From the sequence record NC_091964.1: DNA of 64,000 nt; one strand, given 5' to 3'. How positions within the stretch are numbered: position 1 is the stretch's first letter; each line of letters opens with the position of its first letter. The position numbers and the translations under genes are program-made. Below, piece by piece: positions 28,577 through 37,272 of this stretch. The notes beneath the pieces are model-generated. The model saw nothing but the letters and a program-made list of their open reading frames with translations. It did no database searches and was not told the origin of the DNA.

Positions 28577-28676
28577 ACTACCTCCAGTTGCAGTATCTGT
28601 GTAACAGTTTATTTTTTAGGTAAATTAACCTTGTTGTGTAACAAACTCACACAAGAAATCAATTAAAGAGGATATC

Positions 28677-29651
28677 ATGGAACAGACTAACAAAAAGATC
28701 GGCATCTATGGTTGCGGCGGTGGCGGCACTAATCTTCTGGCAATGGTCGAGAAGAAAATCAAAACCGAAAACCTGGCTGGCGTTTATGCCCCGTACAACG
28801 CTGTTTATATCGACAGCTCCGAATCTAACTTCGATGACCTGATCCCAGCCGGTGCCCAGAAGTATCGTATCGCTAACATGGATGGCGCGGGCAAGATCCG
28901 TGACGACATGCTCGAACCGGCTCGCCGCGAAGCGCCGAACATTCTTTTCCAGTACCCGCCTCAGGATGTTAACATTCTGGTCTGTACAGCAGGCGGCGGT
29001 ACAGGTGCTATCCTGGCAACCGTGCTGGCTGAGAAAATGTGGGAAGCGGGTAAACGTGTTATCTTCGTTTCTCCGGCATCTATCGAATCCGGTAAAACAG
29101 CGAAAAACTCCCTGGGCCACATCCGTACCCTGAACAACCGTGCAAAAGCCAACGGCCAAACGTCGGTACTGTTCTACGACAACAACGAAGCCGGTAACAA
29201 AAACCGTAACGAAGTTGACCGTGGTATGGTGCTGGGTATCTGCGCCCTGCTCGATCTGTACAGCGGTAAACATCGTGAGATGGATACCAAAGACGTTGAG
29301 CAATGGCTGAACCTGGGCAAATCCGCGAACCTGGAACCGCAGCTGGTACTTCTCGATATCGACACTAATATCGAAGATGCGAAAGCTCGCCAGTACCCGA
29401 TCTCCATCAACGCGATCTACTCCGAAGCTGATGCGACCAAAGGTTCTCCTTCTGCCGACTATCTGTCCGAAGGTTATCGTCGCGATGGCGGCGGTTCTCT
29501 GTTCTTCAGTATCCACACTGACGGCCTGGGCAACATCGCCAACGACCTGCAAGCAGTTGTAACCAGCTACGAGCAGCGCGCTGCTGCCCGCCAGTCTACT
29601 GCTAACAATGCGCTGGGCTCCAGCAACAGCAACGACGGCTGGGAGCTGTAA
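28677..29651 (+). CDS. phuZ: Phage tubulin PhuZ
   Basis: GCGGGGTN, GAGKIR and tubulin signature AGGGTG; 324 aa; strong codon bias. Confidence 0.93.
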   Translation: MEQTNKKIGIYGCGGGGTNLLAMVEKKIKTENLAGVYAPYNAVYIDSSESNFDDLIPAGAQKYRIANMDGAGKIRDDMLEPARREAPNILFQYPPQDVNILVCTAGGGTGAILATVLAEKMWEAGKRVIFVSPASIESGKTAKNSLGHIRTLNNRAKANGQTSVLFYDNNEAGNKNRNEVDRGMVLGICALLDLYSGKHREMDTKDVEQWLNLGKSANLEPQLVLLDIDTNIEDAKARQYPISINAIYSEADATKGSPSADYLSEGYRRDGGGSLFFSIHTDGLGNIANDLQAVVTSYEQRAAARQSTANNALGSSNSNDGWEL

Positions 29652-29666
29652 TCCCGAGGAGGAGTC

Positions 29667-30017
29667 ATGTTCTTTACATACGGCTCCTCTACAAAGGGCC
29701 TAAGCCAGGAGCACTTAGCGGTTCTTCGTAGAGCCGCTATTTACGAGATTAACCTCGAGAAATATGCTGGTAAGCGTATAGTAGAAGTTAAGATCGATGT
29801 TGAAGGCAGGACGATCAAATTGGTCGTCGTTGTTGCTAAGGAGGAGTTATGTTCGTCAAGTGGGAGCGAGGACTCTACGGCATCCGTCCCGTTATCGAGT
29901 TCAACATTATGCAACCGGATGATCAACTTACTCCGGCGCAACGTGTTATCAAGAAGCTTCATTTTGATTATAATCGTCGAGCTTTTAGCTTTCCATTGGC
30001 GGGAAAGATCACGATAA
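29667..30017 (+). CDS. Hypothetical protein (116 aa; last 55 codons overlap next gene)
   Basis: SD GGAGGAG. Confidence 0.5.
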   Translation: MFFTYGSSTKGLSQEHLAVLRRAAIYEINLEKYAGKRIVEVKIDVEGRTIKLVVVVAKEELCSSSGSEDSTASVPLSSSTLCNRMINLLRRNVLSRSFILIIIVELLAFHWRERSR

Positions 30018-30124
30018 AAGATCTAAGTGAAACTATGGCTGAATACTATAGTCAGCCTCAATGGTCTAACGAATGGAGAGGAGGTCAGGCAAATGCCGGT
30101 ACGTTACCGCTTGCCCAAGGTTAG
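29849..30124 (+). CDS. Hypothetical protein (91 aa)
   Basis: SD GAGGAG just upstream of ATG. Confidence 0.5.
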   Translation: MFVKWERGLYGIRPVIEFNIMQPDDQLTPAQRVIKKLHFDYNRRAFSFPLAGKITIKDLSETMAEYYSQPQWSNEWRGGQANAGTLPLAQG

Positions 30125-30450
30125 CTTTAAGCCTTCCTTAATGGATCGGCTTTTAAAGCGCCGCTTGACGATGTGCAAGTAAAATAATACATCCTATGTA
30201 GAAGACCGCTTGCGCTTCACTTATCATCCACGCTCGCGGTCGTAATTCTACATTAAAAATCTGGCAACTCACAAGCCGCTTTGGTGCGGAATGAGAAAGG
30301 CGATCTTCTGCGAAATTCGCCTGGTAGGGAATCGACACAATGCTGCTATGGCTAAGCGCTGCACGAGCGCCTGAGGACTAGCGGCTGAAAGTTCGTAGTA
30401 CTTACTGTAAACTGAGATCTCTCCCTGCCTGATGGCAGGGTAGAGGTCAC
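30124..30450 (+). ncRNA. Candidate structured non-coding RNA or long structured 3-prime UTR (strand inferred)
   Basis: No credible CDS; seven consecutive stems found by eye (30124-30159, 30163-30180, 30196-30253, 30268-30295, 30298-30322, 30342-30385, 30416-30448) followed by a U-tract. Confidence 0.45.
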
Positions 30451-30485
30451 ACCTTTATTTTTTTTTTGTTTAAGCAATTTACGGG

Positions 30486-30504
30486 TATATATTATCATTG
30501 TGTA
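30486..30504 (+). promoter_or_regulatory. Early-type phage promoter driving the tandem array
   Basis: TATATATTATCATTGTGTA. Confidence 0.65.
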
Positions 30505-30595
30505 ATATAAGCTCTGTAATCAATTTCTAAGAACTTTTCTTATTAAATGATGAAACGGTATCAGTTGATGTAAAAAACTCGGGAGGAATCGATCT

Positions 30596-31063
30596 ATGGA
30601 TTCTGAGAAGGTAGAGCTGCAAGCTTTTGTATTCGGGATGAGTTCGGTGCTTAAACTCCACCATCGCAAAGGGAAGTTACCAGCATCTCTTCCTAATATA
30701 GTTGCAGCTGCTATTAGTGCCTACTGGGAGAATGGTTCTTACGAAGGATTCTGTAAGATAATGTCGGAAAGGATTATCACCGTAGCAATAAAGGAAACAA
30801 GGATGTTGGCCGAGATCCCAGATCGGCTTTATAGTGAGAAGGATCACGCAGCATTCCTGGAAGCATTATACCAGGAAGTGTATAGCTTCTTTGAACTTTG
30901 CTTCATGGAAGACTATCGGTATCTCGCTCGCTCGTTTTATACAGGTGATTCGATCATGGTAGTGTTCGCACGTAAACCATGCACGGTGACTTATATTGAG
31001 ACGGGTCCATTCACCGGCGTCTATAAGGTCAGCATGGCCAAAATAAAAGAAGATGAGAAATGA
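30596..31063 (+). CDS. Tandem array member 1 (155 aa)
   Basis: SD GGAGG; first gene after promoter 30486; AFVFGM...RSFYTGDSIMVVF. Confidence 0.6.
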   Translation: MDSEKVELQAFVFGMSSVLKLHHRKGKLPASLPNIVAAAISAYWENGSYEGFCKIMSERIITVAIKETRMLAEIPDRLYSEKDHAAFLEALYQEVYSFFELCFMEDYRYLARSFYTGDSIMVVFARKPCTVTYIETGPFTGVYKVSMAKIKEDEK

Positions 31064-31517
31064 CAAGTTAACGGTAATAATAGATATCAAAAGACTCTTT
31101 CGCATCTGCGATGAGTTCTTCCCTTTTCTTAGTCAGGATGATTACAATGAAGTCATTCGATATAAGTTAAGCAAGGAGAACTGTTACGATGTCGAGGGAT
31201 TCAGTCATCAGCATGTAGGTTCCTTCACTCACATGCTACTCAATCAAATACAAAATGCAGGTGGTTTCTTTATACGACTACCTCCAGGAGTAATTAGCAT
31301 TGGGGAGATCACGACGAATAAGACGACTGCTCGAATCGTCTGCTCCGGAAAGGGAGGAGTGTTTAATTCTGACGGAACCGTCCGCTCTGCGGATTCTCCG
31401 TTACGACTTGGTGTTCACCGACAAGCTGAAAGACAGCGAGATAGAAGACTTGATTTTATCTTGGGTGACCGCTTACCAGGCACTTCGAACGCCGTTCGAG
31501 TCATTCTGGGAATTTAA
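31053..31517 (+). CDS. Tandem array member 2 (154 aa)
   Basis: VIIDIKRL...GEITTNKTTARIV; tail overlaps next gene. Confidence 0.55.
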   Translation: MRNDKLTVIIDIKRLFRICDEFFPFLSQDDYNEVIRYKLSKENCYDVEGFSHQHVGSFTHMLLNQIQNAGGFFIRLPPGVISIGEITTNKTTARIVCSGKGGVFNSDGTVRSADSPLRLGVHRQAERQRDRRLDFILGDRLPGTSNAVRVILGI

Positions 31518-31809
31518 ACTCTCCGAACGTAAGAGCTATATTGACGATCTAGGCGAACATCTACAAGCTTGGTTCTACGATAAGTTCTTGATGGACTTCA
31601 CCGAGGATCTGAACGAAGAAGAAAAAGACAAGATCGAAGAGCGATGGTTCAATTGGCTCGACGTGATTGAGTTAGTCCAAACTTCTGATTACTTCGAACT
31701 GCTATACCGTTTCATCGAACAGATAGCGGATGTTGATTACGAAATCGACAAAGTCAAAGTAACCAGACGAAAGGTGATAATTGAGTATGGACAACGTAGT
31801 AGTAATTGA
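31300..31809 (+). CDS. Tandem array member 3 (start uncertain: TTG 31300 or ATT 31366)
   Basis: LILTEP...IDKVKVTRRKVIIEY; acidic helical core. Confidence 0.55.
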   Translation: MGRSRRIRRLLESSAPEREECLILTEPSALRILRYDLVFTDKLKDSEIEDLILSWVTAYQALRTPFESFWEFKLSERKSYIDDLGEHLQAWFYDKFLMDFTEDLNEEEKDKIEERWFNWLDVIELVQTSDYFELLYRFIEQIADVDYEIDKVKVTRRKVIIEYGQRSSN

Positions 31810-32278
31810 CCTCAGAAGACTTATCCTTAACGCAGACATCTATATCGATCGTCTGTTACGCGAACATCCTAAACTCGCTACACGGATTACTTACAGCCGT
31901 AGCAAGCGCGGGCCGTTACGCGAATACATCTACAACCGGTTCTGGAACATTCTCAACGAAACGACGAAATATAAGTTCGATGAGTTGGAAGAAGACCTTT
32001 ACCTCGGACAGATGTTTAAAGACTGGAACCCGCAAAGTTGGTATCGTGACGAGAACAAAGATCTCATTATCGATGACCAGGGTTCTTTCGATTTTCTTAG
32101 TGGGTGGGTAGAAGAGCTTGATGGTGATCTTAATACGATCATCAGCAAAGAGCGTTTGAATGTCGGTTGGAAGATACTTCAGATCGATATCTCATCTACC
32201 ACACTTACCGTAGAGTTATACGGAGATTGGCGTGCGCAGAAATGGTGCGAGGAGAATAACATCGAATACAAGCTCTAG
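31787..32278 (+). CDS. Tandem array member 4 (163 aa)
   Basis: VVVIDLRRL...ILQIDISSTTLTVEL. Confidence 0.6.
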   Translation: MDNVVVIDLRRLILNADIYIDRLLREHPKLATRITYSRSKRGPLREYIYNRFWNILNETTKYKFDELEEDLYLGQMFKDWNPQSWYRDENKDLIIDDQGSFDFLSGWVEELDGDLNTIISKERLNVGWKILQIDISSTTLTVELYGDWRAQKWCEENNIEYKL

Positions 32279-32624
32279 ACCAGCTTTTATAATTCCAATA
32301 TCTGGTCAATTACGGTACTTCATACACGCAGTTGAAAAACTCGACGAAGATGCGGCGTTGGGTGTTAATGAGAAAGACGTTTTCCGTTGCCTCATTACCG
32401 ACGCCCTTGACATGGATGACCCCAGGCTTGCTCGTAAGTATGAACGCTTTGTCGATGAGTATGGGGCATTCGGTATCGATCGAATGGATATAATGACCTT
32501 GTTCGAAGAGGTCGTTTTTAGATTAGAAGAATTATTCAGAGAGCACGGGGTTCATCCAGGACCCCGTTACTCTTTCAGCTGGCTTCCTAACAGCAGGAAT
32601 GTATTCATTTACGAAGAGGACTAA
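32232..32624 (+). CDS. Tandem array member 5 (130 aa, GTG start)
   Basis: SD GGAG 6 nt upstream; FIIPIS...YSFSWLPNSRNVFIY. Confidence 0.55.
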   Translation: MRRNGARRITSNTSSRPAFIIPISGQLRYFIHAVEKLDEDAALGVNEKDVFRCLITDALDMDDPRLARKYERFVDEYGAFGIDRMDIMTLFEEVVFRLEELFREHGVHPGPRYSFSWLPNSRNVFIYEED

Positions 32625-32626
32625 CT

Positions 32627-33010
32627 ATGTATTTGATAGACGCTCGGCGTAAAAACAAGGAATTAATTCGCCTGGCGAAAGAAGCTAAAGATCGCTACCG
32701 TATTCAGCTGGTTGATTTCTATCGTCTGGCTACGATCACGGCATATGCGATCGAAATAACACCAATAACAAGAAAGTCGCAGCATTACGCAACTGATATG
32801 TCTACCCTTACTTATGTCACGGATGAAATTATTCGTATATTAGGTGAGGATTACTTGGACAGAGAGTATCGTGGGCTACATGCGTTAATCGGTGTTGCAG
32901 GGACTGCCATGAGAAGTAACCTACCTCCCATCGACGAGGATACTGACTTACGTCGTCTTCGCGTTGCTCCTGACTTACTGAAAGGGTTGATTTATGCGAG
33001 GGAGAGATGA
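32627..33010 (+). CDS. Tandem array member 6 (127 aa)
   Basis: SD GAGG; YLIDARR...LRRLRVAPDLLKGLIY. Confidence 0.6.
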   Translation: MYLIDARRKNKELIRLAKEAKDRYRIQLVDFYRLATITAYAIEITPITRKSQHYATDMSTLTYVTDEIIRILGEDYLDREYRGLHALIGVAGTAMRSNLPPIDEDTDLRRLRVAPDLLKGLIYARER

Positions 33011-33360
33011 TTATAATTCTACCAATGTCGAGGCCGCTCTATAAGTACTTAGACGACTTAGAAACTGGCAGCTTCGGCCAAAGTCTTCTTTCGATTGTGC
33101 TCACGGGGTTCCTTAACAATATGATGGTAAGGAACTTCGACCTGAAATCTCATCTCTTCGATGTTGATTATATTGATGGGCTGTACGGGTCAGAGTGCAC
33201 TGATATAAAACAAGCGATGTCTATGGTTATTGCCAAAATGACTATAGCATACAGAACGTACTTCCCCCACCGGAAGTATACCGATATTTCAATACGACGG
33301 GCTACCTACACACGGAGCTCGTTGAGGTTCTCGATCGAGGTGCCTGATGAGCGTCGATAA
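33007..33360 (+). CDS. Tandem array member 7 (117 aa)
   Basis: ATGA overlap; IIILPMS...IRRATYTRSSLRFSIEV. Confidence 0.6.
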   Translation: MIIILPMSRPLYKYLDDLETGSFGQSLLSIVLTGFLNNMMVRNFDLKSHLFDVDYIDGLYGSECTDIKQAMSMVIAKMTIAYRTYFPHRKYTDISIRRATYTRSSLRFSIEVPDERR

Positions 33361-33820
33361 ACACATCTTTATCGTGCCGTTACAGACAATGACTCGTAAG
33401 TCTTTTGAGACGTACTTAAAAGACCGCTACGACTTTCTGGATTACGACTTCGTTTTAAGGAACGCTTTACAGTTATGGATTGATTACCTCCAGGACCCTG
33501 ATGGAGAATGGTATACCAACGTAGAGGAAGAAATTCACCTCGACTATGGTAGCCAGATCTCTAAGATGGCAGGACGGATGGTCTTCCGTGACGGTAAGAA
33601 CGACGCAACGCGTGATAGACGCATCGATTACAAGCAAAAACTAGTCGACACGATGGTGGCTGAAATCGGTAAGCATATTACGCATGTTAGCAATTATATA
33701 TCCGACCGGTTAGAGGAAGAAGAGATCGAAGATCTTGTTCTTGGCTCTGAGTACGAAGTTCTCGTTAAGTCGGCGTGGATGTCCGGTCGAAGTATAAAGT
33801 TTGTAGTCGAGGAAATTTAA
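33347..33820 (+). CDS. Tandem array member 8 (157 aa)
   Basis: SD GAGGTG; IFIVPLQ...VKSAWMSGRSIKFVV. Confidence 0.6.
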   Translation: MSVDKHIFIVPLQTMTRKSFETYLKDRYDFLDYDFVLRNALQLWIDYLQDPDGEWYTNVEEEIHLDYGSQISKMAGRMVFRDGKNDATRDRRIDYKQKLVDTMVAEIGKHITHVSNYISDRLEEEEIEDLVLGSEYEVLVKSAWMSGRSIKFVVEEI

Positions 33821-33821
33821 T

Positions 33822-34202
33822 ATGGGTAGAAGACGCAGCAGTCCCGTCGTCGTCATGCCCGCAAGAGAGTTCATCAACAAAGTTAGCTTCTTGAATGCTT
33901 TTATTCCAGAAGGCGTCTATTTAGATGAGGCTAACTTCATCGGTAATGTCTTTGACAACGTATTCAACGAACTAGACATTCCAATCTCAGAGATTGCGAG
34001 AACATGCTTCCACATGGTCCCGCACGCTGACCTGGATGATATTGCTTTTGCCAGAAATATCATCGATGAAAACTTTAGTCATTTTGCGGACTTATTACGA
34101 CTAGCGAAGGATAATGCTCGAGCTTATATGCCGAGCTATAATTACGTCGATTTAGTGCGGATAAGTTGGGATACAAAATCTTTATATCTGAAGGTGCTAT
34201 GA
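33822..34202 (+). CDS. Tandem array member 9 (126 aa)
   Basis: SD GAGGA; VVVMPAR...LVRISWDTKSLYLKV. Confidence 0.6.
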   Translation: MGRRRSSPVVVMPAREFINKVSFLNAFIPEGVYLDEANFIGNVFDNVFNELDIPISEIARTCFHMVPHADLDDIAFARNIIDENFSHFADLLRLAKDNARAYMPSYNYVDLVRISWDTKSLYLKVL

Positions 34203-34513
34203 ATACGATAATTTGTATGCAAAGCCCAATGATTACCCGACTTGTTAGAATGTTGGATGAGCATCTGAGTGCGCAGGACATTCCGCCTTGCATGGACTCG
34301 AGAAGTCAGTTCCTGACCAGAGCCTGTAAGATAGATTTTACTACCATTCATCCGGTCCGTAGTCTTTTCGACGATAACCGTGAACTGTTCAACGCTTATC
34401 TTGATTTCTCTCAGGCGGTGATCGATAGTTGGGATCAACCACCCAGTGTACGTTCCATCGAAGTCATTTCCGTAAATGAAGTTAACGCGAAGCTCGCGAT
34501 GGAATTTTATTAA
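34199..34513 (+). CDS. Tandem array member 10 (104 aa)
   Basis: ATGA overlap, SD AAGGTG; TIICMQS...IEVISVNEVNAKLAM. Confidence 0.55.
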   Translation: MNTIICMQSPMITRLVRMLDEHLSAQDIPPCMDSRSQFLTRACKIDFTTIHPVRSLFDDNRELFNAYLDFSQAVIDSWDQPPSVRSIEVISVNEVNAKLAMEFY

Positions 34514-34523
34514 AGAGGGCAAG

Positions 34524-34940
34524 ATGGACATTTTAGACAGATTCAACCTTAAAGAAACCGTGACGTTCCAATTATATACAGGGGCGTCAGCGGTGATACC
34601 AGATTCCTTTACGCGCTGCGCCGTCACCAGTAAAGTGGATTACGACGATGTACGTAACTTCGGTTTCGACCCGGACGTATTGCACCAGCTCGTTTTTCCA
34701 ACGTTGCCTGCTAATACCTGTCCATCCGACCCCTCCAAATATAACTGGCTCATTGTCAAGACGTTGACCGGTAGCCGCGCATGTATCGGCGAAGACTGGA
34801 TTAACCCTGAAACAATCGAAGCAACAACTAACACCGGCTTGACTATCTACTGTTCGGCTTCCCCGCGTAACAGTATTAACCTTGCTCGGCAAATACTAAC
34901 CGCTAACGGCTTTACTGTAGCCAGCATTGAGCCAGACTGA
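34524..34940 (+). CDS. Conserved protein upstream of the polymerase (phiKZ gp49 position, 138 aa)
   Basis: SD GAGGG; VTFQLY...DPSKYNWLIVK...IGEDWINPETI; synteny. Confidence 0.55.
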   Translation: MDILDRFNLKETVTFQLYTGASAVIPDSFTRCAVTSKVDYDDVRNFGFDPDVLHQLVFPTLPANTCPSDPSKYNWLIVKTLTGSRACIGEDWINPETIEATTNTGLTIYCSASPRNSINLARQILTANGFTVASIEPD

Positions 34941-34975
34941 ATTACCGTAACTTGAACCGTTTCGTACTGGTTTTG

Positions 34976-35005
34976 AGAGAGGGATTTTCCCTCTCTTTTT
35001 TTTTT
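34976..35005 (+). terminator. Intrinsic terminator closing the array operon
   Basis: AGAGAGGGA-TTT-TCCCTCTCT plus T-tract. Confidence 0.8.
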
Positions 35006-35070
35006 GTTTTTTTTTTGATTCCTTCTTGTATTGGTATAGAGAGAAATATTTTTTCCATTAGGTGGACTAC

Positions 35071-37272
35071 ATGGCAGCCTTTGTTAATAATCCATTTAAT
35101 CGCAAAGCTTCGGACTATGTCCGTGACATTAACGTCATCGAAGGTGCGATTAACCAGTTCGCGATTATCTTATCACGTACCTATAAACAATCTTATCAAG
35201 AAGCGCGTGATTATGTAGTCGATGAACTGAAGAACGGGAACAAACGTTTCCACGACCCGATCATGCGTTACCTCCAGCAAGATGAGAACGAAGATAGACA
35301 TCCTGCTGAAATGAAGTTCTCGCAGTACATTAGTTCTGCTGTTCGTGATAAGTTGTTAATGGCACCGACCTTTACACAGATCCTGCCACCTGACCAGAAA
35401 GAATCATTACTTTCTAGCTACATCAAGGTCAACTTATCAAAACGTAATGCGGAGAAGAAGCTTCAGTTAAAAGCATCTAACCACGGCGACAAGTTCCGTG
35501 AAACTCTCCACAAGAACAACCAGAATAACAAAAAGATTCTGAACAACGCCATATCCGGAAACCACCGTTCCATTCACTCGATTCTTTACGATCGACCAGT
35601 GCATCCGATACTGACAAGCTGCTGTCGTATTGCGAACGGTTCTGCGAACTCGAATAACGATAGACTGTTAACAGGTTCGCGTCATTATTACAATCCGGAT
35701 GTCGTGCTAGCCAACATAGCCTCAATTATAGAGCTATCGGATTGGGACCTTGTTAAGAGAGCAGTGGATAAACATAATCTCCATCAACCAACAGTCGAAG
35801 AGACTATGGCGGTGATTAGACGATCAACTGACCTCTATTGGAATACGAGCAACGGATTACGCTACATTATCCAATTCGTAGAGCAGCTCGATGGGTATGA
35901 ACGTGCAGCAGTGTGCTATATGGGCGACCTATACCACCTGGCGCAGTTTAATGACAGCGTGGTACGTGATATACTGGATTCTCTTGTAAACATCCCTACG
36001 GAGCGTGTAGAGAACCATTTCGAATGGCTCAACCATGTCGACGAAGATACACAGGCGCAGATCAAAGTGCGATTCCCTGATATCGTCGGTAAGGAACACT
36101 TCTGGCATGATGATGTTAAAGCTCATCCGGATTACCCGCTTATCGGTTCAATGGCTAAGCAGATCTATTATACGCTGGACCATTACGCCGATGTAATAAA
36201 TGCGTTCTTGATGTCTAAGAACGTACCGTTCCTTATTTCCGATTTCCCTTCCGCTGTCCGTCGTGCAGGGGTAGGCTCCGATACCGACTCCGCAATCTTT
36301 ACTGTTCAGGATTGGGCAATATGGTACAACGGGAATGATGATGTCACGTACGACAACATTCTCCTATCGGAAGCAATGGCTTTCATTGTATCTGAAACCA
36401 CAACGCACAACCTGGCCACCCAGACAGTCAATATGGGTGTAACCGACGAGAAGGAAGTATTCCGTCTCTCGATGAAGAACGAATATCTGTTCCCTGTCTT
36501 TATGCTGACGTCACGTGCCAAACACTACGCAGCGTTGCAGAAGGTACAGGAAGGTATTATCTTCGATAAAGCCAAACTGGAGAAGAAGGGCGTGGAACTA
36601 CACGCATCGAACTCACCAGAAGGTATTCGTAAAGACCTTGACAAGATGATTGTCGATGTATTGACAAAACAAGAGAGAGGGGAGAAGATTTCTTTACACT
36701 CGATGTTGGTACATGTTGCCGAATGGGAACATCGAATCTTTAACTCGATTACCGCTGGCGAAACAACGTACCTTAAATCCGCACGTGTAAAAGAAGAGGA
36801 TGGGTATACGAAGGAAGCAGAGAAGTCGCGTTACATGAACTTCATGCTTTGGTCTGAAGTGTTTGCTGACACTTATGGCGCATCATTACCGCCGCCGTAT
36901 TCAGCACTTGCGTTCAGTATCATTCCTGATACGAAGAACAAGACAAAAAAATGGCTGGATGAATGGCCTAACCAAGAACGAGCAGAAAGACTCCGTTCGT
37001 TCATGGCCAGGGTTAAGAAAGACTACTTGGGTGAGATCCTCTTACCTGAGGAGAACGTCATGTCCTACGGTATCCCATCCGAGATTCTGGATGTGATCGA
37101 TGTCCGTAAGATCGTTGCGAAAGCGGTTTCTCCTTTCTACTTGTTCTTAGAGTCATTCGAGTTCTACCTGCAAGATAAAGACCAATGTAAATTGATCATG
37201 GACTTTATCTCACAAGAGGACGTCGACAACTTTAAAGCAAGTAAGGAAGAATCCCCTTCTCAAAAAGATTGA
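35071..37272 (+). CDS. B-family DNA polymerase, polymerase-domain subunit of the split phiKZ-type enzyme (gp50-like)
   Basis: Motif B KKILNNAISG, motif C GSDTDS, AKHYA; position between phuZ and chimallin. Confidence 0.85.
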   Translation: MAAFVNNPFNRKASDYVRDINVIEGAINQFAIILSRTYKQSYQEARDYVVDELKNGNKRFHDPIMRYLQQDENEDRHPAEMKFSQYISSAVRDKLLMAPTFTQILPPDQKESLLSSYIKVNLSKRNAEKKLQLKASNHGDKFRETLHKNNQNNKKILNNAISGNHRSIHSILYDRPVHPILTSCCRIANGSANSNNDRLLTGSRHYYNPDVVLANIASIIELSDWDLVKRAVDKHNLHQPTVEETMAVIRRSTDLYWNTSNGLRYIIQFVEQLDGYERAAVCYMGDLYHLAQFNDSVVRDILDSLVNIPTERVENHFEWLNHVDEDTQAQIKVRFPDIVGKEHFWHDDVKAHPDYPLIGSMAKQIYYTLDHYADVINAFLMSKNVPFLISDFPSAVRRAGVGSDTDSAIFTVQDWAIWYNGNDDVTYDNILLSEAMAFIVSETTTHNLATQTVNMGVTDEKEVFRLSMKNEYLFPVFMLTSRAKHYAALQKVQEGIIFDKAKLEKKGVELHASNSPEGIRKDLDKMIVDVLTKQERGEKISLHSMLVHVAEWEHRIFNSITAGETTYLKSARVKEEDGYTKEAEKSRYMNFMLWSEVFADTYGASLPPPYSALAFSIIPDTKNKTKKWLDEWPNQERAERLRSFMARVKKDYLGEILLPEENVMSYGIPSEILDVIDVRKIVAKAVSPFYLFLESFEFYLQDKDQCKLIMDFISQEDVDNFKASKEESPSQKD

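Noticed and set aside
30196-30253. Cas12a-repeat-like TTCTAC/GTAGAA stem
   Set aside because: Single occurrence with arms in a different arrangement; no repeat-spacer array or cas gene in the window.
30320-30345. tmRNA/tRNA-like pieces (GGAATCGAC; minus-strand GTCGATTCCCTACCA)
   Set aside because: No acceptor stem partner, no full T-arm and no tag ORF ending in ALAA-like residues.
30371-30390. Hammerhead-like CTGAGGA...GAAA
   Set aside because: The 9 nt between the core segments cannot form a proper stem II and no stem III with a cleavage triplet was found.
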